Assembly (NCBI GenBank): GCA_963845565.1
Contig: CAWJSJ010000001.1
Span: forward strand, 192,001-256,000
DNA length: 64,000 nucleotides
Direction: 5' to 3'
From: an uncultured Methylomirabilota bacterium
GTDB taxonomy: Bacteria; Methylomirabilota; Methylomirabilia; Methylomirabilales; 2-02-FULL-66-22
The notes beneath the pieces are model-generated. The model saw only the letters and a program-made list of their open reading frames with translations. It had not been told where the DNA came from and did no database searches. The position numbers and the translations under genes were made by a program. Numbering within the stretch: position 1 is the first letter of the stretch; each line of letters begins with the position of its first letter. Positions 42,968-53,595 of this stretch are shown here, one piece after another.

Positions 42968-44677
42968 CTGGCAACTCCCTGCTCGAACGCCTCTGTCGCC
43001 GATTGGTTTAGGATTTATGGTAGCCGAGCAACCCCACCATCGCCAGCCTTCGTTCAGGGCAGCCCATCCGAATACGCCACCAGGAAGTCTCCAGAGTCGC
43101 CAGGAGCACGTTCATGGCCCCAGCGCGGTATATCCCCCCCGCGATGTTTCGGAAGGGTGCGCGTTGGTGCGGTGCCCGTGCCGGTCTGAACCGGGAGGAT
43201 GCCATTGAACCTCCTGGTGGTGCGCAGAGGACTAGCGACGACAGATGCCGGGCTTCTATTGGGAACGGTGGCTGCGTGGGCCGCGAGTGGGCAGCGCCCC
43301 CAACGGCAACACCGAATCATGCAGGGAAAGGTGAGAAGAAAGTACGCCGAGCGCCGCTGGCTTTGAACGATGGACGGCAGTGCCGCGAGGTGCTGCAGGG
43401 TGTCGGCGAGGGCCGCCCGCTGCGCGACGGTGAGCGTCGTGAACCGGAGGCCGCTGCGAGCCACGAGGCGGGATTCGCCTCCCCCGCATGCGCTTCCACC
43501 CGGACCGCGCTGCATGATACGATGATCACGTCACCGCCGAGACGTTCGCGCCTCCTGAGGGGCTACAGCGGCTCGCTGACGCGCCTCATCTTCGCCGGGT
43601 CCCCAAAGAAACGCTACGAGCAGGAGGCCCAGCCAAGCGCCAAGGGCGACGGTAACGCAGATGAGCGCCAGACGTTTCATCGTCATGCCCTCTAGTCCCG
43701 CGCGGCACGATCCATCGGGGGTGACGATCAAACCCTAAAGAACGGGGGCCTGGTGTCAAGCGACATTCCTCTGCCGCGGGCCGTTGGGCCCGTCTGGGGG
43801 ATCCGGTGACACGCAGATGGACCCACCCCCCGGCCTGATCCCGGTGTCGATGACCGGTGCAGTCCTGCTCCCGACTGAGGTTGAGTTTACGGCTGGGACT
43901 CGCCGCGGGAAGTGGTGGCGCCGCCAGGGGGCGATGGAGCGGCGGACGGAAGACGGTGCCCACGGCATCGTCAGGGGAGATGCCATGAGATTGCTTGGAG
44001 ACATCCTCAGCATCTTGGTCTTCGTGTCGGCGCTCGGCCTCGCCGCCGTCGCCGCCGGGGTGGGGCTCGATGCGTGGTGGTGCCGGTGCGAGGCCCTGGA
44101 GCCGCGGAAGGCGTCACCAGACGGAGGGAGCCATGACGCGGAAAGCGCCTGAACCCCCGGTGCTCGTCTATCGTGGCCTGCACCGGTGCGATCAATGCGG
44201 CGGGCCGCTGGCCCCGGGGGAGATCGGCGGGATCTGCAGGAAGTGTCGCGACGCACTCCCCCGGCCACGCCGACAGCCGACGCGGCGGAAGCCCCCTGGA
44301 CGGCCACCTGAAACAAACTCGCCTTAGCGTGTCCTGAGAGGAGCGAACCCTGTGTTCAAGGACCTCTGCCACCAGAAACCGAACGTGCGGCGGTGAGCAC
44401 CCTTGTGGTAGCATTCCAGCAACCACTCCGGCCGTGTCCGGTCTGCGGCCAGGCCATGCTGGGGCGCCGAACGTCGGCCTGCTCTGACAAGTGCCGCGCC
44501 ACCAAGAGGCGGCGACAAAGGACCGAGACGCAGACGGAGCGGGATCAACGAGTGCGGGAGGTACTGGAGGCGGCGATGGGGGCGATGGCAGCAGAGGGAT
44601 GAGTACGGGGGTGGACGGTGGATTTCCCCCAGGTGAGTCGTACTTTGTTATACGGCTACCTGGCAAGGGAGTGAATC

Positions 44678-45142
44678 ATGACCTGGCTAATCGTGGGACT
44701 GCTCGCTCTGGGTATTTCTGCTTCTGGGTGCGCCAAGACAGTGAAAGATGTTGCTCCAGTATTCACCAGGGCCGGATGGTACAACATGTCCGTCAAAGAG
44801 GACGACGGCGAGCCGGTAACCCAATACAGCCTGTGGGTTGCCGAAGTGGACAGTGATCACACCGCTGCACAACACTACGCGGAGACCATGGCCCCGCACC
44901 CGGGCACACTCCAGATATGTATTGTCCCGAATTTGTCCCTCTACAGTTACCAGTGGTCCATGCTCATTCGGGAAACAGATGAGGCCGGCACGATCAAGGA
45001 CGGCAAGGTGTTGGATTCCTATGAGAACTTCCTCTATACAAGACTATACGGCAACAGCTACGATTGCTGGACCACGAAAATGTTACCCGCCGTGTGGTAT
45101 CGCATACAGGTGACCAAGTTCTGGTATGACGAAGCAAAGTAA
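44678..45142 (+). CDS. Hypothetical lipoprotein
   Basis: ASGC lipobox; visibly lower GC than flanks. Confidence 0.7.
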   Translation: MTWLIVGLLALGISASGCAKTVKDVAPVFTRAGWYNMSVKEDDGEPVTQYSLWVAEVDSDHTAAQHYAETMAPHPGTLQICIVPNLSLYSYQWSMLIRETDEAGTIKDGKVLDSYENFLYTRLYGNSYDCWTTKMLPAVWYRIQVTKFWYDEAK

Positions 45143-46989
45143 GGAACGGATCTTCCTATGGCGGCTAGACGCCCCCGGGGAACGCACCGCAGCGGGCTAT
45201 TCTAAAGAGGTACGACCCATGCGGTGCGCCCGCTGTGAGGCGGACTTTACTCCCAAGAACGTGCGCGGCTGGCGAAGGCGCTCACGGTGACGGTGGGAAA
45301 GCTGGTGGAGTGAAGGGGGGCCACGCGATGAAAGTGGCACTCAGCGCATCCTGGGAGCTGACCACAGAGCACGCGGCATCGATCGCCGGCCAGCCGGTGC
45401 TGGTGCATCGCGGGACGGGGGAAGCCTACGCCCCCTGGGACGTGTTGCAACCGTTTCCGTCCTGGGCGTGGTCCACGGCCGCGGTGGCGGTCGCGCGGTT
45501 GGCCAAGCAAACACACCTCGACGCGGACGGCGCGGCGCTGGTGGCGCGGTTTGTCGGGCGCCTGCCGCTCGGGTAGGAGGCAGGCGGCCCGCACGATGAC
45601 GGTGGGGAAGTTGGTGGAGTAGCCCGGTCGGGGACGACAAAGAGTGGGCTTGAAGTGGAGGCACAGAACCGGTGAGCGAGCCACCCATCTACAAAAAGCA
45701 CCGAATCCACACCACACGGTTGTTCAGCGGACCCTGGATTAGCCTGATCGTGAACATGGGAAAGAAGACCGTCCCCACCAAGGACGCCCTCACGGACACC
45801 GTGACGCGCGTACCGGGAGAATACGCGCTGGAGGATGAGGCCATCCAGGCGGCGAGAGCCTACATCGATCACGAGGTGAGGGAGGCCCCGGAGTAGACAA
45901 CCCCAAACGGAAGACGCCCCCGCGGATGCGTGACCGGACCGGGCGTCGAAAGGATGCGGTGCGATGGCCCGACTCGCGGGGCAACCGACAAGGAACCCCT
46001 TCGTGACCCTGGTGACCATGCTGGACGATGATCAACTGACGGAGTGGCTTCGGATCCTGCCCGAGTTGGGGCCCGTCGGGAGGCAGGCGCACGCGGCAAC
46101 GAAAAAGGCGATGATCGAGACACACCGGACGTTAACCGTGCCCGAACCGACGCGGCCGGTCACGGTGGACCGCTCCACCTGTCGGCAGCGGGCGTGCTAT
46201 TGCCACGATGACGCGGTGTGGGTGCCTGGTGTCTTCGCGGGCGGCTGTTCCTTGTGTGGCTGTCGGCGGGCAGAGTAGGAGGCGACCATGGACCGCGTGT
46301 CTCTCCGGGCGAAGGACGTGGGTGCCGAGCCGACTCTGCGCGGGCAGACCGGGTGGGCGCATCGCCCGGCAAACGCCATGAGCGACACCTGGGGTTGTCA
46401 CGCGGACAACGCAACGCGCGTGCCGTGCAATCGGAGCCCAATAAATCTGGCCAATCAGAACCATGCACGAAGCGTCGCGACGGCCCCCCACATCGAACCC
46501 CAATGCGGGCCATGGGCGCGGGAGATGCTGAGGCCAGCCATGTCTGGACCAAATCGCCGCCCGGAACGCTCTAACCTACTCAAACAATCCCCTTGATTTC
46601 GACCTTCCAAATGCCATCGATTCCCGCTCGGAATGCGGGGGCCTACGGCAGACGCCCCTTCGCGACGAAGACCGTCCCCCGGACGTTGAATGCAAGCGCG
46701 GCTGCCACCACCGGGGCCACCACCGGGCGTATCCCCCCTGAGGTACGGCCAGCGCCACAACCCGGGCCGGCACGAAGGATCGGTGTGCGCCGGGCGCGTT
46801 GCGTAGAACGCCGGGCGCTGCCCAACGCCTGTCCGCACCTGATCCTCGAGAGGCATCGTCGCGCCCCCCTTTTCTGCGCACCGGGAGTCCCGTTCCCGAG
46901 GGGCTCGGGGGACGCAGGTGCGCCCGAAGGCACGCCGAAAGATGACGGCATTCGTAGGGCGGCCGTCTCCAGATTTCCCGGGTCGGGCG

Positions 46990-47557
46990 CTATTGGGGCG
47001 GTGGGGGGGGCGGCGGCGGGAGGGATTGCGAAGAAGCGGGCGGCCCGGGACGAGAGCCGGGCGGGGGCGGGGGCGGCGGCGGTGGTGGTGAGTCGATCCG
47101 TCGATGCTGCTGCACCGCCCCTGGAATCTGGTTCCCGTTCGCATACATGCACTGCTGATACGCGATATCGTACCGCCGCTGGGCGTCCCATCCGTAGGCG
47201 TGCCCGGCGTTGGCGCCCACCGCCGTACCGCCCAACAGGCCGCTCCCGGCCCCGATGGCCGCCCCGATGCCGGGGTTCCCAGAGGCGGCACCGATCGCCG
47301 CCCCCAGCCCGGCCCCGAGGACCGTCCCGAGGACCGCGCCGGCGGCCGTGTTTTGATTGACGGTCTCCTGGGGCGACAGGCCGATTTGCTGGCCCGCCCA
47401 CTGCCGGCAGGTCGCGTCTTCGGTCTGGAATTGCTCAAAGGGTTTCCCGGCGGCGGGCCAGTACCATCACGCTGGGGCCCGTCGGCAGGGTGGCACAACT
47501 GCTCAGCGCCAGTGCCGACAGTACGGCAAGGCCGAGGAAGCATCGCGGACGCCGCAT
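46990..47557 (-). CDS. Glycine-zipper lipoprotein with Pro-rich tail (frameshifted)
   Basis: LSSC-ATLPTGPSVMVL...GAVLGTVLGAGLGAAIG...QRRYDIAYQQCMYANGNQIP. Confidence 0.75.
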
Positions 47558-47566
47558 CGTTCCCTC

Positions 47567-48014
47567 CTACCGGTCGGGCGGATTCGGCGACGGCACCACC
47601 GTCATCCACCCGCCGGGGCAGTCTTGGACGTACGGATAGTACGCCCCCGCGTTCTGGCAGTAGTACCAGTAGGCGGCCGCGGCGGCGTGGGATCCTGCTG
47701 GATATACTCCGTGGGCGGCTGCTGGATCACCACGGACTGGCCGCTTGAGTAGTCGGGGTAGGGCACACCCCCCCACCATCCAGGGTATCCCCACCACCCC
47801 GGGCCGCCCCACCAACCAACGCCCCCCCGATGAAGACCCGCGGGCCCCCGTACCGATACGGATACGGGCCTCCCACGCGGTACGCGCCGCCGCCGTGAAC
47901 GCCACCCCCTCCCCCGCGGACTCCGCCAGCGGGGCCTGCGCCCGCCTCGGCGGAGAGGGCGGAGCCCGCCAACAGCACCCCTATCACCATGATCGCCCAG
48001 GCGATCTGTTTCAT
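47567..48014 (-). CDS. Secreted Gly/Pro/Tyr-rich protein (frameshifted)
   Basis: Signal peptide MKQIAWAIMVIGVLL; C-terminal YWYYCQNAGAYYPYVQDCPGGW motif. Confidence 0.7.
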
Positions 48015-48496
48015 GGCCAATCCTCCTCTGCCCGACCCGAGCGGTGGTTCGGGCTCCACGATTCCCTGCGGCCCGGCCAATGGCGCCAATCCCCGCGCAT
48101 CGCCGCCCCGCGTCTCGCGGGTGCAGAACCGCCCCCTTTGGGCCGTGGATCTTCGTCTCTCTTTCCTATTATACTCGGTTAGGGCTCGGAGGGTTTCAGG
48201 GTTTCTGGTGGCAGGCCGGAATCGGTCCTCGAATCCACTGGTGAGCATCAGAAGCCGGATCGGAACTCGTGGTACGGAGGGCCGTTCAACCAGTACCGTC
48301 CGGAAATTTACATTAACACCAAACACCCCTGGAGAATCCCACTCGTCCGTAACTCCTCTTGAACAACAGAGCAACGCCTGACGGGTTCGATTCCCCTCCG
48401 GGTCCGGCCCTAACCACTCGCTGAAATCAGGGATTGACTCTACGGAGACATTCTTTTCGCGCTATAATCTGACCAGATCGATTGCGGAGGGGTTGA

Positions 48497-49696
48497 ATGT
48501 CCGAAGAGATTCTGATGGAGACCGCGGTAGCGACAGTGCCGCAGTGGTATGAAAGCGAGTACGCACAAAACACGTATGAACTATCTCTGGACAAAACCGT
48601 GTTTAGGTTCTGCAGCCACAACCCGCTCACGCCTCAGCTGCACCTGCTGCATTTGTACATGCAGAACGCCCTTGGCCGCTGGCGCACGCAGATGCCCGCC
48701 ATCCCGACACCGAGATCGCTCCAGCAGGTCGAGGAGGAGGTGGCCGTCCGCTGGCTGGAAAATTTCGATGCCACGGTAAACTGGAACAAGTTCATTGCCT
48801 ACATCGAATATGTCAGGTTCAGGACATACGAGAACGATCGGGTGATGATCAACCTTGTGATCGGCGCCGGCGACGGCATGCTGCCGCTGTCGGACAAAAC
48901 CATACAGAAGATCGTCGATCCGCTGTCGTCGAGCCAGCAGGTATATTTCCGGGTGGACAGGGAGCTTCGGTTTCTTGATTATCAGGAAATCTTATGGAAG
49001 GAGATCCGCGAATCGTCCGAGTACAAGTTCATCCCGGCGTTCCTGGAGCCGTTCGCATCCATCCTGCAGGAAGGCGAATTCTCCGTGCATCTTACCCGGC
49101 ACGGTGACATCTTCATCATGGACTCGCGCGGGCTCATCACCGCCAACAGGAAGGGGCGCTGGCACGTTTACGACGCGCAGACTTTAAAAAACAGCGTGTG
49201 CGGCATCCTGGGCAACATCACCGTGGGAAACAACCTCTTCGAGCTGATGTTCAACATCAGTTACAGGCGGCACGGCGCGCTGCTCGTATACGATCCGGCC
49301 CACAAGGTTCTCGCGCAGGTGGTGAACCCGGAGTCGATCATCGGGGGCGCGTCGCCTTCCCCCGACGCGGCCCGCGCCATGCTCAGCCCGGTCATCCGCG
49401 AAATCCGGCTTGGCCGGACAGATCGCCTGATCAGCAAAAAGAACCTGTTCCTCGAAATCGCGGGGCTGGACGGCGCCGTGATTTTCGACGATGGGGAGTT
49501 GCTCGCCGTGGGCGCTATGATAAAATCACATCCGAACCTCGGCAGCTACCTTGGCGCGCGCACCATCGCCACTCAATCCGCGTATCGCTACGGCGGGATC
49601 CCCATCAAGGTTAGCGCGGACGGCGACATCCAGATACTCTTCGAGAGCAGCGACCACAATCACCGCGCAAGCGACGCCGAACTGACGTTTATGTGA
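48497..49696 (+). CDS. Diadenylate-cyclase (DisA_N/DAC)-like domain protein with uncharacterised N-terminus
   Basis: RRHGALL...LDGAVIF...GARTIAT...KVSADGDI matches the DAC motif order; RHR is replaced by RTI. Confidence 0.7.
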   Translation: MSEEILMETAVATVPQWYESEYAQNTYELSLDKTVFRFCSHNPLTPQLHLLHLYMQNALGRWRTQMPAIPTPRSLQQVEEEVAVRWLENFDATVNWNKFIAYIEYVRFRTYENDRVMINLVIGAGDGMLPLSDKTIQKIVDPLSSSQQVYFRVDRELRFLDYQEILWKEIRESSEYKFIPAFLEPFASILQEGEFSVHLTRHGDIFIMDSRGLITANRKGRWHVYDAQTLKNSVCGILGNITVGNNLFELMFNISYRRHGALLVYDPAHKVLAQVVNPESIIGGASPSPDAARAMLSPVIREIRLGRTDRLISKKNLFLEIAGLDGAVIFDDGELLAVGAMIKSHPNLGSYLGARTIATQSAYRYGGIPIKVSADGDIQILFESSDHNHRASDAELTFM

Positions 49697-49990
49697 GGTG
49701 TCACAATTCCGGCCACCGGGAGGGAGGGTCGCGCCGCCATCCGACGATGGAGCGTGGACAGGGGGGGGACGCGCGGCAGCCCTGCGACCTTTCTCCACGA
49801 ACCCCTGTGGTCCGCAAACACTCCGTGCGGACTCGCCTTAGGCTACCTATGCGGTGGCCGGCGGAAGAGGCGAAGCAAAGCATTGCACAATTATGGGTCC
49901 GTCCCCCCGGCACCACGATTTTGCACAACAGTCCGGCAGGAGGCTATCAGACAATTCGCCTTCGCGCCCCCGCTGCGCGTCCGCCCCTTC

Positions 49991-50140
49991 CTCCAGAATC
50001 TCGGAGCCCCTCCGATATGTCGTGCGGTTTCCGTCGATCCCCCCATGCTAGGCTCGACTCGGCATCGGCGCGAATCCGGTAATTTGAAAGGGGCGCAGCC
50101 CCCTCTGCCCCGTGATTCCGAGGGTGGATCTGTTGTTGCA
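49991..50140 (+). promoter_or_regulatory. sigma54 cassette 7
   Basis: CTCCAGAATCTCGGAG-cccc-TCCGATATGTCGTG; GAATCCGGTAATT (50072); TGGATCTGTTGTTGCA (50125). Confidence 0.85.
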
Positions 50141-50244
50141 TCTTTCATCCCCTAGGGACGCGAAGTTCCGCCTGGGAGGTCATCGTCTGGGCTGATGGGG
50201 CGCCGCTCCCGACGCGGGGTTGCTGAACGAAGGAGGTGAGCCGA

Positions 50245-50469
50245 ATGGCGCAACGAATGGTGCTGCTGCTCTTGCTGACACTAACGGTCGGACTCGGCGG
50301 GTGCTATTGGCACGATGGGGGCCGGGAGGAATACCGGCCCGGGGGCTATCGCCAGGGGTACAACTCCCAGGGGTATCTTTACTATCCCCAGGGGTCCAAT
50401 GAGTCCGTCTGGCATTTCCGGCGGGGGGCAAACACGCCTGGATACGAGTACGACGGCGCGCATCGCTAA
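50245..50469 (+). CDS. Small lipoprotein
   Basis: LGGC lipobox; AAGGAGGT RBS; Tyr/Gly-rich. Confidence 0.7.
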   Translation: MAQRMVLLLLLTLTVGLGGCYWHDGGREEYRPGGYRQGYNSQGYLYYPQGSNESVWHFRRGANTPGYEYDGAHR

Positions 50470-50565
50470 GGCGCTCCGGGACGGCTCGGGATGCGTTCCT
50501 TCGCCGTCCTCATTTCTTGCCGCGGGCCAGAACGGCGACGGATTCGGAGGAAAGGAGGAACATCG

Positions 50566-51036
50566 ATGGACGCGAAGGTTCGGCGGGACTTGATTGCGAA
50601 GTACAAGAACGGCTGCGGAGTCGTCTCGGCGGCGCTGGAAGGGATCACCGACAAGGAATTGGATGCGCGCCCCGCGCCCGGAAAATGGTCGGCCCGAGAG
50701 ATCACCCATCACTTGGCCGACAGCGAGATGATCGCGGCGATCCGGCTACGCATGCTGCTTGCCGAGGATGCGGCCACGATCCGCGCGTATGACCAGAAGC
50801 TCTACGCGGGGCGCCTCCACTACGACCGCCCCATCCAGGCCTCCCTCGCCGCGTTTCGCGCGGCCTGCGAGTCCACGGCGGAACTCCTCGAGCGAATGAC
50901 CGAGGGCGAGTGGGCCCGACAGGGCACCCACAGTGAGAGCGGGCGTTACTCCCCTGAGAAGTGGCTCGAGGTCTACGCCCAGCATGCGCACACCCACGCC
51001 GAGCAGATCCGCAAAGCCCGCGCCGCCGCCAGGTAG
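50566..51036 (+). CDS. DinB/YfiT-family protein
   Basis: PGKWSAREITHHLADSE...HAHTHAEQI. Confidence 0.88.
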   Translation: MDAKVRRDLIAKYKNGCGVVSAALEGITDKELDARPAPGKWSAREITHHLADSEMIAAIRLRMLLAEDAATIRAYDQKLYAGRLHYDRPIQASLAAFRAACESTAELLERMTEGEWARQGTHSESGRYSPEKWLEVYAQHAHTHAEQIRKARAAAR

Positions 51037-51168
51037 GGGGAATTCGGAAGCGAAAGAGAGAAGGGGGCCTGTGGGTCACGGACTTCGCGGTGTGAGCGGA
51101 GCCCCGAGACTTCCCGGGAGCCCTGTCAAGGGTTGGTTGACGATGATCCCTCGAGAATCTGGTGTGTT

Positions 51169-51459
51169 CTATCCCAAGATCACTTCGTAGAATTTGGGAG
51201 TAGGTTTGCCATCGAACAGGGGCTTGACCTGTTCGCCGGCTTTCTCATGAACTGCACTGCTATGCATCGAGTGGAAGGTGGCCTGATCTTCAAACTCGAC
51301 GACCGCCGCGTAGTTGCCTCCTTCTAACGGCTTCAAGAGTTTTCGGGCTCTGAAACCGCCAAAAGTTGAGAATGCTCGGTTTGACGAAGCAAACCACTCT
51401 CGGAACTCGGCATCTTTGCCGGCTTTGATCGGGGGGAAAGAAATCAGAGCGACAAACAT
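51169..51459 (-). CDS. Antibiotic biosynthesis monooxygenase (ABM)-domain protein
   Basis: GKDAEFREWF...GFRARKLL...YAAVVEFED...H. Confidence 0.75.
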   Translation of the reverse strand: MFVALISFPPIKAGKDAEFREWFASSNRAFSTFGGFRARKLLKPLEGGNYAAVVEFEDQATFHSMHSSAVHEKAGEQVKPLFDGKPTPKFYEVILG

Positions 51460-51556
51460 GATCACCTCCGTGTTGTTGCACGGGCGGGTGAGGCGCCCTG
51501 TTCACGACCATCGCGTCAGGCCGCGATTCCGCGCCCGCTTATAAGAGCCCGCTCGC

Positions 51557-52378
51557 TTACGCCTTGAAGAAGGCGAGCAGATCCGCGTTGATCTGGTCCT
51601 TCTGGGTCGCGCACAGGCCGTGCGGCGCGCCTTTGTACACCTTCAGTTGCGCGTTGTTGATCAGCTTGGCGGCCAGCAGGGCCGACGCGCCGATGGGCAC
51701 GATCTGGTCGTCGTCGCCATGTAAGATGAGCGTTGGCACATCAAACTGTTTGAGATCTTCGGTGAAATCCGTCTCGGAGAACGCCTTGATGCAGTCGATG
51801 ACGCCTTTGAACCCTGCTTGCATCCCCGCGAGCCAGAACGCATCCCGCAGGCCCTGCGAGACCTTGGCGCCGGGCCGGTTAGCGCCATAGAACGGCGTGG
51901 TGAGGTCCTTGAAGAACTGCGAACGGTCGGCGAGGACGCCGGCGCGGATCTTGTCGAACGCGTCGATCGGCAAGCCACCGGGATTGGCCGCCGTCCTCAG
52001 CATCAGCGGTGTCACCGCACCGATCAGCACGGCCTTGGCCATCCGCTTCGTGCCGTGGCGGCCGATGTAGCGTGCCACCTCGCCGCCGCCGGTGGAGTGG
52101 CCGACATGGATCGCGTTCTCTAGGTCGAGCGTTTTCACGAGCGCCGCAAGGTCGTCAGCGTACGTGTCCATGTCGTTGCCCGTCCAGGGCTGGCTCGAGC
52201 GCCCGTGGCCGCGGCGGTCATGGGCGATGCACCGGTAGCCGTGGGCGCCCAGAAACACCATCTGGTCGTCCCAGGCGTCCGCGTTCAGCGGCCAACCGTG
52301 GCTGAACACCACGGGCTGTCCCGTGCCCCAGTCTTTGTAATAAAGCTGCGTGCCGTCTTTGGTCGTGATCGTGGCCAT
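51557..52378 (-). CDS. Non-heme haloperoxidase / alpha-beta hydrolase
   Basis: [39 protein letters not shown]. Confidence 0.93.
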   Translation of the reverse strand: MATITTKDGTQLYYKDWGTGQPVVFSHGWPLNADAWDDQMVFLGAHGYRCIAHDRRGHGRSSQPWTGNDMDTYADDLAALVKTLDLENAIHVGHSTGGGEVARYIGRHGTKRMAKAVLIGAVTPLMLRTAANPGGLPIDAFDKIRAGVLADRSQFFKDLTTPFYGANRPGAKVSQGLRDAFWLAGMQAGFKGVIDCIKAFSETDFTEDLKQFDVPTLILHGDDDQIVPIGASALLAAKLINNAQLKVYKGAPHGLCATQKDQINADLLAFFKA

Positions 52379-52441
52379 GGACCCTCTCTTTTCGGTGCAG
52401 GCTCGCGTCCGCATCAATCCGTGGAATGCGAAGAAACCAAT

Positions 52442-52609
52442 CTACGCAGTGACTTGTCCCGCGCAGCCCGGATGGCTGCAACCGCAGCCGATGACGGTAA
52501 TGTCCATGCCCTTCGCCCCCTCGCAGGGCGCGCTGCAATACCGGCTGTCGGGGGTAGCGATACACCTGCAGATTGGGTTCGCGCATTTCCCCTGCTTCTC
52601 GTCCGCCAT
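52442..52609 (-). CDS. Metallothionein-like peptide (55 aa, 8 Cys)
   Basis: Manual translation: MADEKQGKCANPICRCIATPDSRYCSAPCEGAKGMDITVIGCGCSHPGCAGQVTA; AAGGAGG RBS. Confidence 0.8.
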   Translation of the reverse strand: MADEKQGKCANPICRCIATPDSRYCSAPCEGAKGMDITVIGCGCSHPGCAGQVTA

Positions 52610-52934
52610 GTGTCTTGCCTCCTTTCCCTACCACCACTCGCCGATTTCTATCGACACCCTCGGTGAAACGAAAATCCAGCATTCGGGCTTTCTGAAACCA
52701 AATATGCAACCGTGGCGTGTGTGGATTGGTGCGGTCACGCCCCGCGTCACCTTGTCTCGACCGGACCACTGGTCGATACAGCAGCCGAACGCCGTCTTGG
52801 TGACGACCCAGACGGATCGGGATGGGCGACACAGTGCGACGAGCCATCCGGCCCCGCGGCCGGGGGATCGCGCCGGAGCCAGCGTGCGACTGTCCGGGCA
52901 GTGCCCCCCCCGGTCCCGCGGGGTCCGCGCGATG

Positions 52935-53096
52935 CTACCCGTGGGAACGCAACCCGCCGAACATGTACACGAGCACTGCCACGAGCAGCACCGTCCCGAA
53001 GATCCCCAGGCCCCCGCCGGCCCCCCAATGGGAATAGCCGTAGTAGCCGCCGCCTCCGCCGAACAACAGCACCAGCACAATAATGAGCAGTAACAT
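52935..53096 (-). CDS. DUF3309-like small membrane protein
   Basis: MLLLIIVLVLLFGGGGGYYGYSHWGAGGGLGIFGTVLLVAVLVYMFG. Confidence 0.8.
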   Translation of the reverse strand: MLLLIIVLVLLFGGGGGYYGYSHWGAGGGLGIFGTVLLVAVLVYMFGGLRSHG

Positions 53097-53169
53097 CGAA
53101 CGGTTCCTTTCCGCGGGGGAATCCGGCGGTCCATCGTGCCGTCCCGGTATCCCGCTGTGTAGGTATCGG

Positions 53170-53320
53170 TGCATAACCGGGTCCACCGCTCGCGGCCCGC
53201 GGCTCGCCGGGGTCTCCGCCTCGCGAAAACAAATGGTTGGACGGAAGGCGGGGACGCCCGCGCCACGGCTGGGCCGACGGGAATTCCCCGAGATTTCGGA
53301 ACGCCTCCAAGATCTCGGAG
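53170..53320 (-). promoter_or_regulatory. sigma54 cassette 8
   Basis: Minus strand: CTCCGAGATCTTGGAG-gcgt-TCCGAAATCTCGGG; CAACCATTTGTTT; TGGACCCGGTTATGCA (53185-53170). Confidence 0.85.
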
Positions 53321-53367
53321 GGCGCGTGGCGGTCCGCGGGCCCGCCGCGCGCGGCACGGCCGCCCCC

Positions 53368-53518
53368 ATCCGACGGGTCGGAGTTGGTCCGAAATCTCGG
53401 GGGGGTCCGGTCGGTGACCCCACGGAGATGTTGCGGCGACATCTTATCCAACCAGTTGATTACACGGGGCCGGGACCGTGTCAGGCCCATCACCCCGCGG
53501 GGTGGTTCTGGTGTTGCA
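53368..53518 (+). promoter_or_regulatory. sigma54 cassette 9
   Basis: ATCCGACGGGTCGGAG-ttgg-TCCGAAATCTCGGG; CAACCAGTTGATT (53449, exact reverse-complement match to the IHF consensus); TGGTTCTGGTGTTGCA (53503). Confidence 0.9.
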
Positions 53519-53595
53519 TATTCAGATGAACGAGAGGTGCACAGGCGCCGGGTTTCGCTTGAACACGTTGGTATCGATGTCGAAAGGAGCCAACC

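Larger units (their letters stand above)
41312..46278. mobile_element. Block of short phage/plasmid-like hypothetical ORFs, possibly an element remnant
   Basis: Many short ORFs on both strands, including Cys4 zinc fingers (44133..44327, 44393..44602) and a lower-GC lipoprotein (44678..45142). No integrase or structural gene seen. Confidence 0.35.

Noticed and set aside
48122..48280. Possible minus-strand cassette for the 48014 operon
   Set aside because: The partial TCCGA/CTCCG words and the GG-N10-GC candidate do not fall at the 113-115 bp spacing.
49880..49930. Two TTGCACAA words as a sigma54 or NtrC site
   Set aside because: GG-to-GC spacing is 12 rather than 10, and there is no convincing NtrC palindrome.
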